DNA from: Candidatus Bathyarchaeota archaeon
GTDB lineage: Archaea > Thermoproteota > Bathyarchaeia > Bathyarchaeales > DTEX01
Direction of reading: 5' to 3'
Assembly: GCA_018396995.1 (NCBI GenBank)
Contig: JAGTQB010000007.1
Span: 10,170 to 74,169, forward strand
Length of the DNA stretch: 64,000 nt
In this document: positions 44,842-54,221 of the stretch, piece after piece
How the letters are laid out: the number at the start of each line of letters is the position of its first letter
Position numbering within the stretch: position 1 is the first letter of the stretch
Position numbers and translations under genes: made by a program
Notes under the pieces: generated by a model
Told to the model about the DNA's origin: nothing
The model's database searches: none
What the model saw: only the letters and a program-made list of their open reading frames with translations

Positions 44842-45126
44842 TCACCAACGCCTCCTAACAATCCTCTTAATTCTATCCTCAGGCCGGCCCACAAGAGCTT
44901 TACCATCAATCTCAACTATTGTTTTATCAGGTAATGTAAAATGGAAAATACAATTCTCCTTAATTAATATTTTCTCACTACCATTTCTGCATAAAATTTT
45001 GAATGTATTTTTCGTCTCATCAATAACGGTTCCGGATAAACCAACACAACTCTTATTGGTGCACTTCACAACTTTAGCTTTTAATCCAATAAACTCGTCT
45101 TGGAGAATATATTTAAGATCCCTCAT
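44842..45126 (-). CDS. rnp1: RNase P protein component 1 (Rpp29/Pop4 homolog)
   Basis: 94 aa. FIGLKAKVV...GLSGTVIDETKNTFKI...GRPEDRIK is the Rpp29 Sm-like pattern. Conserved position between L29 and S17. Confidence 0.9.
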   Translation of the reverse strand: MRDLKYILQDEFIGLKAKVVKCTNKSCVGLSGTVIDETKNTFKILCRNGSEKILIKENCIFHFTLPDKTIVEIDGKALVGRPEDRIKRIVRRRW

Positions 45127-45335
45127 CCCTCAATCCCTTTAGACTCCTCATTATTGATTGTCAGTATACGAGCTATTGTCCGCTTAATCTCCCTTATTCT
45201 TGCTGGCTTATCAACAGCTCCCCCAGCCTTAACGATCATCTTAAGCCTTGTGAGCTCCGCGCGGAGCTCAGCCAGCTTTCTCTCGCGCTCCTCCCTTTTC
45301 ATCCGCCTAATCTCAGCAACCCTTAGGATGGCCAT
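45123..45335 (-). CDS. rpl29: Ribosomal protein uL29
   Basis: 70 aa, helical. LRVAEIRRM...LAELRAEL pattern. Confidence 0.9.
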   Translation of the reverse strand: MAILRVAEIRRMKREERERKLAELRAELTRLKMIVKAGGAVDKPARIREIKRTIARILTINNEESKGIEG

Positions 45336-45353
45336 ACTCCATCACCAGGCCCC

Positions 45354-45989
45354 CTATAATTCGCCCTTCTCTCCCTTCATAGTCTCCTCAGATTGTTCTT
45401 CAATTAGCTCAATCTCATCTGGGAGCTTTGCGTCTGGCCGAACTATGAAGACTTGTATTCCAAATATTCCTGGCTTTAGCTGAACGTGTGCAACAGCCTT
45501 CTTAACATATTTCATTGCCGGGTCCCCGCTCTTAGGTATATATCCATCCCTAAACTTCTCCACTCTAGCCCTCTCGCTAACAAGTTTACCACTAATAATT
45601 ATCTCTGCTCCTAAAGCACCGGCCTTCATTATCTGGTTTAGCGCCCAGAATCCAACCCTCCTGAAGTGGATTCCACGCCTAAGTGCGGCAGCTATCCTAG
45701 ATGCCATAACATATGGATTCAGTTCTGGAACCTCTATCTCAGCCACGGAGATCTGCGGGTTTGGTAGATTAAACCTTTCCTCAAGGATTTTGGCAAGCTG
45801 CTTTATTGTTTCTCCGCCGCGACCTATAACGAGACCGGGGCGCATAGCATAAATAACGACGTTTGTGCCGAGTGGTGTTCTTGTTATTTCAACCCCGCCA
45901 TAACCAGCCTTCTCAAACTCTTTCCATAAGAACTCATCTATCTCAGCCTTTTTAATAGACTCCTTAATGAAATGCTTTACATAAGCCAT
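45354..45989 (-). CDS. rps3: Ribosomal protein uS3 (KH domain)
   Basis: 211 aa. KH-type GRGGETIKQL motif and operon position. Confidence 0.93.
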   Translation of the reverse strand: MAYVKHFIKESIKKAEIDEFLWKEFEKAGYGGVEITRTPLGTNVVIYAMRPGLVIGRGGETIKQLAKILEERFNLPNPQISVAEIEVPELNPYVMASRIAAALRRGIHFRRVGFWALNQIMKAGALGAEIIISGKLVSERARVEKFRDGYIPKSGDPAMKYVKKAVAHVQLKPGIFGIQVFIVRPDAKLPDEIELIEEQSEETMKGEKGEL

Positions 45990-46448
45990 CTACTTCACCT
46001 CCTCCAAGACTACCTCAACGTGGGTTAATGTCTCAAACCACCTGGTTGCCCTCCCGAAAGCCCTCGGCATATATCTCCTTATCCTCGCTCCTGGGTATGC
46101 GGATGCGTGGATAATCCTGAGTTTCTCTATATCAAACCCTTTATATTCGGCATTCGCTTCAGCGTTCTCTAAAACCTTAAGTATCTTTGAAGCCGCCTTT
46201 ACTGGGTATCTTCCAGCACCCCCAAGCCCCCTTCTATGCGGGAGCTTCTTCTTATACCGCCTATATGGCACGGCAACCCTCTTTGCTATAACGTTCCTTA
46301 GAAACTCTTTTGCTTCTTCGAGCATCATGCCTTTTATCGCCGCGCAGACCTCTCTTGCGGCTTTAGGCGATATTCTAAGCTCCCTACCACTAGCCCTAAC
46401 CATTGTTGTTGGATCATATGCTTCAAATGAGTAGCCCCATTCTGGCAC
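45990..46448 (-). CDS. rpl22: Ribosomal protein uL22
   Basis: 152 aa. ASGRELRISPKAAREVC... is typical of archaeal L22. Confidence 0.92.
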   Translation of the reverse strand: MPEWGYSFEAYDPTTMVRASGRELRISPKAAREVCAAIKGMMLEEAKEFLRNVIAKRVAVPYRRYKKKLPHRRGLGGAGRYPVKAASKILKVLENAEANAEYKGFDIEKLRIIHASAYPGARIRRYMPRAFGRATRWFETLTHVEVVLEEVK

Positions 46449-46521
46449 GTTTCGCTCACCGACTCTTGTTGAGTTACAAAAACACTAGAGATATTTATAA
46501 GAGTTTCCTCGTTTAGATCCC

Positions 46522-46806
46522 TTATCCACCGCCTATAACGGTCATTAGCATTATTTTATCGCCGTCCTTTAGCATGGTGTTGCCGCTCTCACCAATCCTT
46601 ATGGAGTGCTCATTCAGTGTCACCAGTAGAGTTGGATCCGCATGCCCCTCGCCCAGCCCACCAATAATATCCTTAAGCAATGGATACCTCTCGGAAACCT
46701 TAACAAGTAGGTCTTTAAGCGAGGATTTATCCGCTAGCTCGTATTCCTCCTCAGTTTTACCAGTCTTCTGCCTGACGACACCTAAATATATGACACGTAC
46801 CCTCAT
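46522..46806 (-). CDS. MoaD/ThiS/SAMP-type ubiquitin-like beta-grasp protein ending in Gly-Gly-Gly
   Basis: 94 aa. The C-terminal ...LKDGDKIMLMTVIGGG followed directly by a stop fits the family pattern (L.dGD.v...P.vsGG). Confidence 0.7.
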   Translation of the reverse strand: MRVRVIYLGVVRQKTGKTEEEYELADKSSLKDLLVKVSERYPLLKDIIGGLGEGHADPTLLVTLNEHSIRIGESGNTMLKDGDKIMLMTVIGGG

Positions 46807-46957
46807 TAGCCCTCCCTAATAGAATTGGAGGAGAAAAATTTAAGTTTTCTTTATGAAGTTTACAGTGAACATCTACGTGTATGCCCACATAATTCGGTTC
46901 TGGAAAGTATATTTATCTCGATCAATAAATATTTCTTTAAGGTTAGTGCCGCAGAAT

Positions 46958-47503
46958 ATGTTTGAAAAACACTATTCAAGTATAGATTTCTCAGATTTCC
47001 TCTTCGAAAACAGTTTTGTTACCGTAGTTGCTGTTAAGAGCGCCCCAAAGATCGATCTCGTCGGCTTCTCCATCGGCCCATTTGAGGAAGGACATGATTA
47101 TGAGGTTAGGCTCTGGGTTGCCAGAGAACTGGAGAAGGATAAACTGGTTAAGGTTAAAGAGGATGGTCTCGACGCTGCCAAGATCTATAAGATTCAGTGG
47201 ACCGAGCGGATCCAGGCCCTCGGGCAACTGGCAACGATTCCAGAGAACTTTTATCCAAAGATTAGGCGGGTTATTAATGAGCTGAAGCAAGCCTCTAAGA
47301 CTAACCTAGAGAAGCTGAGGGAGTATGAGCATGTCCAGAACCTCGCGCAGGACATAGTCAATTGTAGGCTTAGAAAGCTTGTGTCGCTGGCTACAATCCC
47401 CCTACCAGAAGGCCAAGTCATAAAGAACCTTACTCCGGAAGAAAGAGAACTCTATGAACGGATTAAAAGGATAGTTTCTGATTGGAGGTCTAAGATAATT
47501 TAG
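46958..47503 (+). CDS. gins: GINS complex subunit (Gins23-like, beta-rich domain before the helical domain)
   Basis: Directly upstream of mcm, as in Sulfolobus gins23-mcm. An N-terminal beta-rich segment is followed by the helical part FYPKIRRVINELK...NLAQDIVNCRLRKLVSLA. I start at ATG 46958; the track start at 46853 adds 35 non-conserved-looking residues that cover the promoter-like AT-rich DNA. Confidence 0.55.
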   Translation: MFEKHYSSIDFSDFLFENSFVTVVAVKSAPKIDLVGFSIGPFEEGHDYEVRLWVARELEKDKLVKVKEDGLDAAKIYKIQWTERIQALGQLATIPENFYPKIRRVINELKQASKTNLEKLREYEHVQNLAQDIVNCRLRKLVSLATIPLPEGQVIKNLTPEERELYERIKRIVSDWRSKII

Positions 47504-47515
47504 GAGGCTTCTCTA

Positions 47516-49555
47516 ATGACCGAACTCGTTGTTGAGAAACCCGCTGAAAAATTCGGTTCGCTATTTAAGACTACTAAGTACCGTCAGAGAATAGCCCAAA
47601 TGGCACTTAATGCATCAACATCGGTTATAGTTGACTTCGAGGACATACTTATGGTTGATCCACACCTAGCCGATATGCTGCTCGAGAATCCGCAGGAATA
47701 TTTATCCTACGCCAATAGCGCCGCCCTTGAGCAACTACGTGTTGAAGTGTCCGATTATGCTGAGAAAATAAAGGAGATAGGCGTAACGGTTAGGGTTCGT
47801 GGGCTGCCACGTATAACACCCTTACGAAGGCTCGGTTCAGAACATATAGGTAAGCTGGTTATGGTTGAAGGCATAATAATGCGTGCATCAGTAGTCAGGC
47901 CAATAGTCACTAAAGCCGTCTTCAGGTGTAGGAGATGTGATACAAAAGTGACTGTTCCGCAGAGTGGGGCTTTCCTAGAATTCCCATATAAATGCGCTAA
48001 GCAGGGGTGTAAGGGCGGACCATTTGAGTTTATTCAGGAGGAGTCTAAATTCATTGATTACCAAGAGCTACGGATGCAAGAATATCCTGAGGATATACCG
48101 CCAGGCCAGACCCCCCGCTCCCTTGATATTAGGGTTATCGGTAAGGATATTGTCGATACCGCTAGGCCCGGCGATAGGGTTTATGTTGTTGGCATAGTTA
48201 ATGCTGAGGCCACATCATACCCCAGGACTGGTAAGAGTAGGGCTTTCACACTATATTTAGATGCAAACTATATTGAGGCTGCGAGTAAGGAGCCTGAATC
48301 GCTTCTGATAACTCCTGAAGAGGAGGAGCAGATAATGAAGCTCGCTAAGGATCCACACATACACCAGAAGATAATTCAGTCTATTGCACCGTCAATTTAC
48401 GGCTATGAGCACATCAAGGAGGCTATAATGTATCTCCTCTTCGGAGGCGTCCCGAAGCACCTTCCAGACATAACTGTTAGGGGGGACATACATGTGCTGC
48501 TCATAGGCGACCCGGGCACAGCTAAGTCTCAGCTGCTCCGCTATGTTCAGAGGATTGCTCCCAGAGGCTTATATACGAGTGGAAGGGGGACGACTGCGGC
48601 CGGCCTAACGGCTGCTGTCCTACCGTCACCTACTGGCGGGATGACCCTTGAGGCCGGTGCGCTTGTCTTAGCGGATAAGGGCGTAGCATGCATAGATGAA
48701 ATTGATAAAATGAGGAATGAGGATAGGGTTGCTATACATGAGGCTATGGAGCAGCAGACTGTCTCTGTTGCTAAGGGCGGGATCGTCGCGACATTAAATG
48801 CCAGGACAGCGATACTAGCTGCGGCAAACCCAGCTCTTGGGAGATACGATCCATATAGAACTGTTGCAGAAAATATTTCCCTACCAATAACAATACTCTC
48901 CAGGTTTGATTTAATCTTCGTCTTAAGGGATGTTCCGGATAAGGACCGTGATTCTAGGATGAGCGAGCACATGCTTAGGTTGCATGCTAAGGAGACGCCG
49001 CCGGCTGAGCCCCCAATACCGCCAGATCTACTCAGGAAATATATTGCCTATGCTAAGAATAATGTTAGGCCAATATTAACTCAAGAGGCGATGGAGCGCC
49101 TAAAAGAGTTTTATCTGACCATGCGTTCCGCCAGTGAAGGTGAGGGTACTCCGATAGCGATAACAGCCCGCCAGCTAGAGGCCCTTGTGAGAATAGCTGA
49201 GGCTAGGGCTCGTGCAGCTCTAAGAAATGTTGTTCTCCCGGAGGATGCCGAGGCAGCCATAAGCATTATGAAACGATCCCTTGAAGAGGTTGGCGTAGAT
49301 ATTTCCTCGAGGAAGTTTGATATTGACATTATTATGGTTGGTAAGCCTAAAAGTGTTCAGGATAAGCTACGTGTCATACTGAGTACAATTGTTGATATGG
49401 AGAAGGAGAGCGGCATGGTTAGTAGGGCTGATCTACTTGAGAGACTTAGTAGCGAGTATGGTATAGCTAGAAGTGAGGCTGAGAAGCTTATCCAGCAGCT
49501 GGTTCGTGAGGGAACACTTTATGAGCCTAAAAGTGGATACTTAAAGAAGACGTAA
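47516..49555 (+). CDS. mcm: MCM replicative helicase
   Basis: 679 aa. Zinc motif CRRCDT...CAKQGC, Walker A GDPGTAKSQ, Walker B ACIDEIDKM, arginine finger SRFDL. No intein. Confidence 0.95.
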   Translation: MTELVVEKPAEKFGSLFKTTKYRQRIAQMALNASTSVIVDFEDILMVDPHLADMLLENPQEYLSYANSAALEQLRVEVSDYAEKIKEIGVTVRVRGLPRITPLRRLGSEHIGKLVMVEGIIMRASVVRPIVTKAVFRCRRCDTKVTVPQSGAFLEFPYKCAKQGCKGGPFEFIQEESKFIDYQELRMQEYPEDIPPGQTPRSLDIRVIGKDIVDTARPGDRVYVVGIVNAEATSYPRTGKSRAFTLYLDANYIEAASKEPESLLITPEEEEQIMKLAKDPHIHQKIIQSIAPSIYGYEHIKEAIMYLLFGGVPKHLPDITVRGDIHVLLIGDPGTAKSQLLRYVQRIAPRGLYTSGRGTTAAGLTAAVLPSPTGGMTLEAGALVLADKGVACIDEIDKMRNEDRVAIHEAMEQQTVSVAKGGIVATLNARTAILAAANPALGRYDPYRTVAENISLPITILSRFDLIFVLRDVPDKDRDSRMSEHMLRLHAKETPPAEPPIPPDLLRKYIAYAKNNVRPILTQEAMERLKEFYLTMRSASEGEGTPIAITARQLEALVRIAEARARAALRNVVLPEDAEAAISIMKRSLEEVGVDISSRKFDIDIIMVGKPKSVQDKLRVILSTIVDMEKESGMVSRADLLERLSSEYGIARSEAEKLIQQLVREGTLYEPKSGYLKKT

Positions 49556-49583
49556 AACACTCTCACGGAGAAAGCACCCAGCC

Positions 49584-51842
49584 TTGCTCATAGATGAGCT
49601 TGACATACACCCGGAGGCAAAGAGGGTTCTCTTAGAGGAGGGTATAAGGGAGCTCTTTCCACCGCAGGAAGAAGCCATAAAGATTGGGGCGCTCAAAGGC
49701 GTAAACCTTGTCCTGGCAAGTCCAACAGCCTCTGGTAAGACACTTATCGCCGAGCTATGCGCCATAAAACATATTCTAGAGAACGGTGGGAAAGTCTTAT
49801 ATTTAACGCCGCTAAGGGCCCTCGCAAATGAGAAGTATGAAGATTTTAAGAAGTATTCTGGTATACGTAAGCCGGATGGGAGAAATATAAGTGTTGGCAT
49901 AAGCACTGGAGATTATGATAGTAGTGATCCGTGGCTTGGGAGATATGATATCATAGTGACCACTAATGAGAAATTTGACTCGCTCCTTAGGCATAGGGCT
50001 CCGTGGATAAGCGATATATCACTAGTCATAGCGGATGAGGTTCACCTACTCAATGATGTTGAGCGCGGGCCGACGTTAGAGGTCGTCTTAGCTAGGCTAT
50101 CTCAAATAAATCCTGGCATCCAAGTATTAGCTTTAAGCGCAACAATAAGAAACGTAAATGAGATAGCCGAGTGGCTTAATGCCCGCGCGGTGACGACTGA
50201 GTGGAGGCCAGTTAAGCTCCGTGAGGGGATATTGTATGGCGATGAGATACAGTTTAAGGACGGCGGCTCAATTAAGATAGATAGGGTCGTTAAGGATCCA
50301 GTTATAAATTTGGCGGTTCATTGTGTTAAGCAGGGGGGTCAAGCACTTATATTCGCATCATCAAGAAAGAATGCTGTGAGTATTGCGAGGAGGGCTTCTC
50401 CAGAGATAAGTCAGCTGCTACCTAAATCGCTTAAGCGTTCGCTGGAGAATCTGGCAGAGGAGATTCAGGCCTCCGGAGAGAGAACTAGGCTCGGTGACGC
50501 CTTAGCCGAGCTCGTTAAGAGCGGTGTAGCCTTCCACCATGCCGGTCTCTCTGGGGCTCATAGGAAAATTATTGAGGATGCGTTTAGGGATGGTAGGATC
50601 AAGGTTTTAACGGCGACCCCGACGCTGGCCTTCGGCGTGAACCTTCCGGCTAGAATGGTTATAATAAGTGATTATAGGCGGTATGAGCCTGGGTATGGAT
50701 ATTACCCAATTACGGTCCTTGAGTATAAGCAGATGGTTGGGAGGGCAGGTAGGCCTAAGTATGATAGGGTTGGCGAGGCTATATTGATTGCTAAGAGTGA
50801 GGATGAACGTGACTACCTATTAACGAGCTATGTTTATGCGAAGCCTGAGCGGATATGGTCTAAGCTCGGTGTGGAGAGGGTCTTAAGAAGCCATGTCTTG
50901 GCGACAATAGCATCTGGCTTCGCATATTCTGAGCAGGGAGTTTACGACTTCTTCTCAAAGACCCTCTACGCCTACCAGTATAACCTCGATGCCATTAAAG
51001 GAGCTATAAATAGGGTTCTAAAATTCCTACATGATGAGGACATGATTAGAGCTGAGGGAGTCTTCCTAAAGGCTACGGAGTTCGGTGTGAGGGTTTCACA
51101 GCTATATATTGATCCCCTATCAGCCATAATAATTCGGGACGCTCTTAAGAGGGGTGCTCCAAAGATAACTGACATAAGCTTCCTTCACATGATAGCGCAT
51201 ACGCCGGACATGTCTCCGAAAATTAGGCCGACATCAGGCGACATCGATAGAATAACCCTCTTCTTAGATGAGCATAGGGATGAATTTATGTTTAATGTTC
51301 CAGATGAGTGGGGGGATAGAATAGAATATGAGGAGTTTCTCGGTGAGGTTAAAACCGCAATGGTGTTAAAGGCTTGGATAGAAGAGTATAGCGAGGACCA
51401 AATAATTGAGCTATTCGGTGTAGAGCCCGGAGACCTATACTATTTAACGGAGACAGCCAAATGGCTACTATACTCCTCATATGAATTGGCGAAGCTCCTT
51501 GGCCACAAGAACCTACTGCCAAAGCTGGCTGAGCTCATGGAGCGCGTAGAGCATGGAGTTAAGGCGGAGCTGCTACCGCTTGCAAGGCTTGAGGGAGTCG
51601 GTAGAGTCAGGGCCCGCATACTATATAATGCTGGTCTGAGGACAATTGAAGATCTAAAGAGGGCGTCAGTTGAAAGGCTAATGTCCCTGCCACACATAGG
51701 ACCTAAGATAGCAAAGAGAATTAAGGAGCAGGTCGGCGGAACATTAACGCAGGAAGAGTGGAGAAAGCTAGCCGAAGCGGCCAGCAGGCAAGAGCAGCAG
51801 CCGCTAACAGAATACTATGGCGGAGAAAGCTCTTCAACATAG
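49584..51842 (+). CDS. hel308: Hel308/Hjm Ski2-like DNA helicase with C-terminal canonical PIP box
   Basis: 752 aa, TTG start. ELFPPQEEAI, Walker A SPTASGKT, DEVH, and a C-terminal HhH-like domain. QQPLTEYY (51795-51818) matches Qxx[LIM]xx[FY][FY]. Confidence 0.92.
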   Translation: MLIDELDIHPEAKRVLLEEGIRELFPPQEEAIKIGALKGVNLVLASPTASGKTLIAELCAIKHILENGGKVLYLTPLRALANEKYEDFKKYSGIRKPDGRNISVGISTGDYDSSDPWLGRYDIIVTTNEKFDSLLRHRAPWISDISLVIADEVHLLNDVERGPTLEVVLARLSQINPGIQVLALSATIRNVNEIAEWLNARAVTTEWRPVKLREGILYGDEIQFKDGGSIKIDRVVKDPVINLAVHCVKQGGQALIFASSRKNAVSIARRASPEISQLLPKSLKRSLENLAEEIQASGERTRLGDALAELVKSGVAFHHAGLSGAHRKIIEDAFRDGRIKVLTATPTLAFGVNLPARMVIISDYRRYEPGYGYYPITVLEYKQMVGRAGRPKYDRVGEAILIAKSEDERDYLLTSYVYAKPERIWSKLGVERVLRSHVLATIASGFAYSEQGVYDFFSKTLYAYQYNLDAIKGAINRVLKFLHDEDMIRAEGVFLKATEFGVRVSQLYIDPLSAIIIRDALKRGAPKITDISFLHMIAHTPDMSPKIRPTSGDIDRITLFLDEHRDEFMFNVPDEWGDRIEYEEFLGEVKTAMVLKAWIEEYSEDQIIELFGVEPGDLYYLTETAKWLLYSSYELAKLLGHKNLLPKLAELMERVEHGVKAELLPLARLEGVGRVRARILYNAGLRTIEDLKRASVERLMSLPHIGPKIAKRIKEQVGGTLTQEEWRKLAEAASRQEQQPLTEYYGGESSST

Positions 51843-51860
51843 CAAATTTATTGGAAACTT

Positions 51861-52475
51861 TTAGATTTTCCTCTGAATGTGCTTTAATGAAATAAAAAGG
51901 TGAGTGAATGTATTAGTGATTGTAGTCTCATCTAGGATGTTTTTGGTCTTTTTGGGCATTTTTATCTTCCACGTTTTTATAGTTGAACTGAGGGATATGA
52001 TTACGGTTACTGCAGCCGTTAACGCTATGAAAGCTATCATAATATGAAATCCATTGCCATAGTTCCCTTCACTATAAATGTCGGCGATCTTTCCTCCTAC
52101 AGGTGGAGCAAGTATTCTTGAGAGGGCGATGTTGGTGTCCGAGCTTTCAGGCCATGTTACTATGGCGATATCCACTATTATTGCGCCCTCTGGTAAATTT
52201 GAATCAATTTTAACAGTTATTTGGAAAGCTAATGTTCCTCCTTCTTTTGGTACTGTGAGACCTGTCCATGTTATAGTGTGAGTATCGCTGTTGTATACGC
52301 CAGCTGGGCTTGAGGATATATAGCTTACGCGTGCAGGCAAATAATCCACCAAAGTAACGCCGCTAAGATCTGTTAATGTAGGGTTCGAAAGTATTATCAT
52401 GTAGGTTACTGTTGAGCCTGCATCATGCTTAGATATTTGGCTGCTCAGAGTAAAGGGTAAATTTATGTTTTTCAA
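51861..52475 (-). CDS. DUF11 (conserved repeat domain) protein with a C-terminal TM segment and no signal peptide
   Basis: 204 aa, TTG start. GSTVTYMIILSNPTLTDLSGVTLVDYLPARVSYISSSP...HTITW fits the DUF11 repeat. TM helix IMIAFIALTAAVTVIISL near the C-terminus. Confidence 0.5.
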   Translation of the reverse strand: MKNINLPFTLSSQISKHDAGSTVTYMIILSNPTLTDLSGVTLVDYLPARVSYISSSPAGVYNSDTHTITWTGLTVPKEGGTLAFQITVKIDSNLPEGAIIVDIAIVTWPESSDTNIALSRILAPPVGGKIADIYSEGNYGNGFHIMIAFIALTAAVTVIISLSSTIKTWKIKMPKKTKNILDETTITNTFTHLFISLKHIQRKI

Positions 52476-52518
52476 GCATTATTACTACTTTTAGCGCTGT
52501 AGCGGAGGCTGATCATGC

Positions 52519-52791
52519 TTGTCCTCGGATCTGTTTGGCGTCGTCGTTAATTATAGGTTGGGACCTAGGGAGCAGTACCCACGTGAATGCATACTCCAGT
52601 TTCCTGGGATAAATTCTAGGAGTGAGGCAAGCCAGCTTATAGGCAGGAAAGTCTCTTGGACGGATGGGAAGAATAATACCATTATAGGCGTTATAGTCGC
52701 CCCTCATGGGAATAATGGGCTAGTCAGGGCTAGATTTAGGAGGGGGCTTCCTGGGCAAGCTCTGGGAACAGAGGTAAAGATAATTGGCTGA
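52519..52791 (+). CDS. rpl35ae: Ribosomal protein eL33 (L35Ae)
   Basis: 90 aa, TTG start. SEASQLIGRKV.W......I.G.IV.PHG..G.VRARF..GLPGQALG matches the L35Ae pattern. Confidence 0.85.
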   Translation: MSSDLFGVVVNYRLGPREQYPRECILQFPGINSRSEASQLIGRKVSWTDGKNNTIIGVIVAPHGNNGLVRARFRRGLPGQALGTEVKIIG

Positions 52792-52870
52792 GAAGAGGTG
52801 CTAGGGCCAGAATACAGCCGATAAAAGCTAATTTTTACAAGAATATTAAAAGCAATTTTAATTTAAACCA

Positions 52871-53446
52871 TTAGAAAAGCATCCTCATTATTCCCCTCGC
52901 CAGTAGTCTCGCTATCCTAAGTGGCTCTGGAACGGCTCCATGCAGCGTAAATTTGTTTAATATTCCTTTAGCCTCCTCAACAGTCATGCCATAAAATCTC
53001 ACGTAGACATCGAACCCCGTATGGAGCCTTATGGAGGTTCTAGGGCCATTTTTATGATAGATCTCTATTCTCTTCTCATAATCCTCTGGGAAGAGCTCCA
53101 TAAAGTACTTCTCTAAGCCCGGCGACTCCTCATATGTAACGCATATAAGTGGCAGCCCAGTCTCCTCATAAACCCTCTGTAAATCTATTACATTATACCA
53201 GCTTATAACGCAGCCATTAAGCATCAAAACATTTATGTCATTTCTATTTAGAGCCCTATACATTTTTAGGACTGAGTCCGTTGCATCCATGCCGCCAACC
53301 GTAGCCCTTGAGAAGGTGAAGCCATCAATTATTAGGTCGCTCCTCAAGATAACGCCAGCTAAAATGGATTTTTCGCTAACCCCCTTAATAAAGCACTCAG
53401 ATACACCTAAGACCCTAAAAGCCTTTTTATGTACATGTAGGCGCAA
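52871..53446 (-). CDS. UPF0215 / DUF99 family protein (endonuclease V-like fold)
   Basis: 191 aa. FRVLGVSECF, VGGMDATD and the C-terminal VPEPLRIARLLA resemble DUF99 hallmarks. Confidence 0.6.
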   Translation of the reverse strand: MRLHVHKKAFRVLGVSECFIKGVSEKSILAGVILRSDLIIDGFTFSRATVGGMDATDSVLKMYRALNRNDINVLMLNGCVISWYNVIDLQRVYEETGLPLICVTYEESPGLEKYFMELFPEDYEKRIEIYHKNGPRTSIRLHTGFDVYVRFYGMTVEEAKGILNKFTLHGAVPEPLRIARLLARGIMRMLF

Positions 53447-53468
53447 TAAGCTACACCATCTTATATGC

Positions 53469-54176
53469 TCATTCTACTGCAAAGTAGACACGCTTATGGA
53501 GTCTACCCTTACTCTCAACCTTAATTAATTTTATTTGCCCAACCTCCCTAAGGTTCTTTACGTGGGTTCCGCCATCAGCCTGCTTATCAACGCCAACTAT
53601 CTCAACTATCCGCAGCCTAGGTATGTTGGGCGGCAGAGCCTTAGCCATCTTAACGACTCCAGGGATCTTCAACGCCTCCTCTCTTGGCAGCTCATACCAT
53701 AATACTGGAATATCCTGCCTAAACAATTCATTAGATTTCTCGATAAACCTCATGATAACATCCCTATCTAGCTGCTCTAAGCTGAAGTCAAATCGAACCT
53801 TATCCTCCTCAATTTGGTTTCCAGTCACAAGCGCGCCTGTTTCATTACATATTAACGATGCGAATACATGGGCTGCTGTGTGGCTGCGCATAAACTTATA
53901 CCGCCTATCCCAGTTTATTACGCAGAGAACTCTGTCTCCGGCAGCTAAGCCCTCCCTCTCAACCTCATGAATTATCTCGTCGCCAGCTCTACTAACATAG
54001 ATGACATTAAAAGTCTCCCCACCACGAATCAATTTGCCAGTATCATGCGGCTGCCCTCCGCCCCCAGGATAAAAGATCGTCTGATCTAAAACCACCCTTC
54101 TTCCATTAATGACCTTAATTACGGTCGCCTCACACTCCTTTAAATAACTATCCTCTAAATATAGAGCCCTTGTCAA
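53469..54176 (-). CDS. alaX: Alanyl-tRNA editing protein AlaX (AlaX-M type)
   Basis: 235 aa. Zinc and editing motifs HTAAHV and DGGTHV, with a tRNA_SAD-like core. Confidence 0.85.
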   Translation of the reverse strand: MTRALYLEDSYLKECEATVIKVINGRRVVLDQTIFYPGGGGQPHDTGKLIRGGETFNVIYVSRAGDEIIHEVEREGLAAGDRVLCVINWDRRYKFMRSHTAAHVFASLICNETGALVTGNQIEEDKVRFDFSLEQLDRDVIMRFIEKSNELFRQDIPVLWYELPREEALKIPGVVKMAKALPPNIPRLRIVEIVGVDKQADGGTHVKNLREVGQIKLIKVESKGRLHKRVYFAVE

Positions 54177-54221
54177 ACCATATGCCCCAATGAGATAGAA
54201 GTGTGACCAGAGTTTATATAT

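Noticed and set aside
46853-46957. 35-codon N-terminal extension of the GINS ORF
   Set aside because: The extension (MKFTVNIYVYAHIIRFWKVYLSRSINISLRLVPQN) covers AT-rich promoter-like DNA and does not look like protein. The internal ATG 46958 is preferred, though this is not proven.
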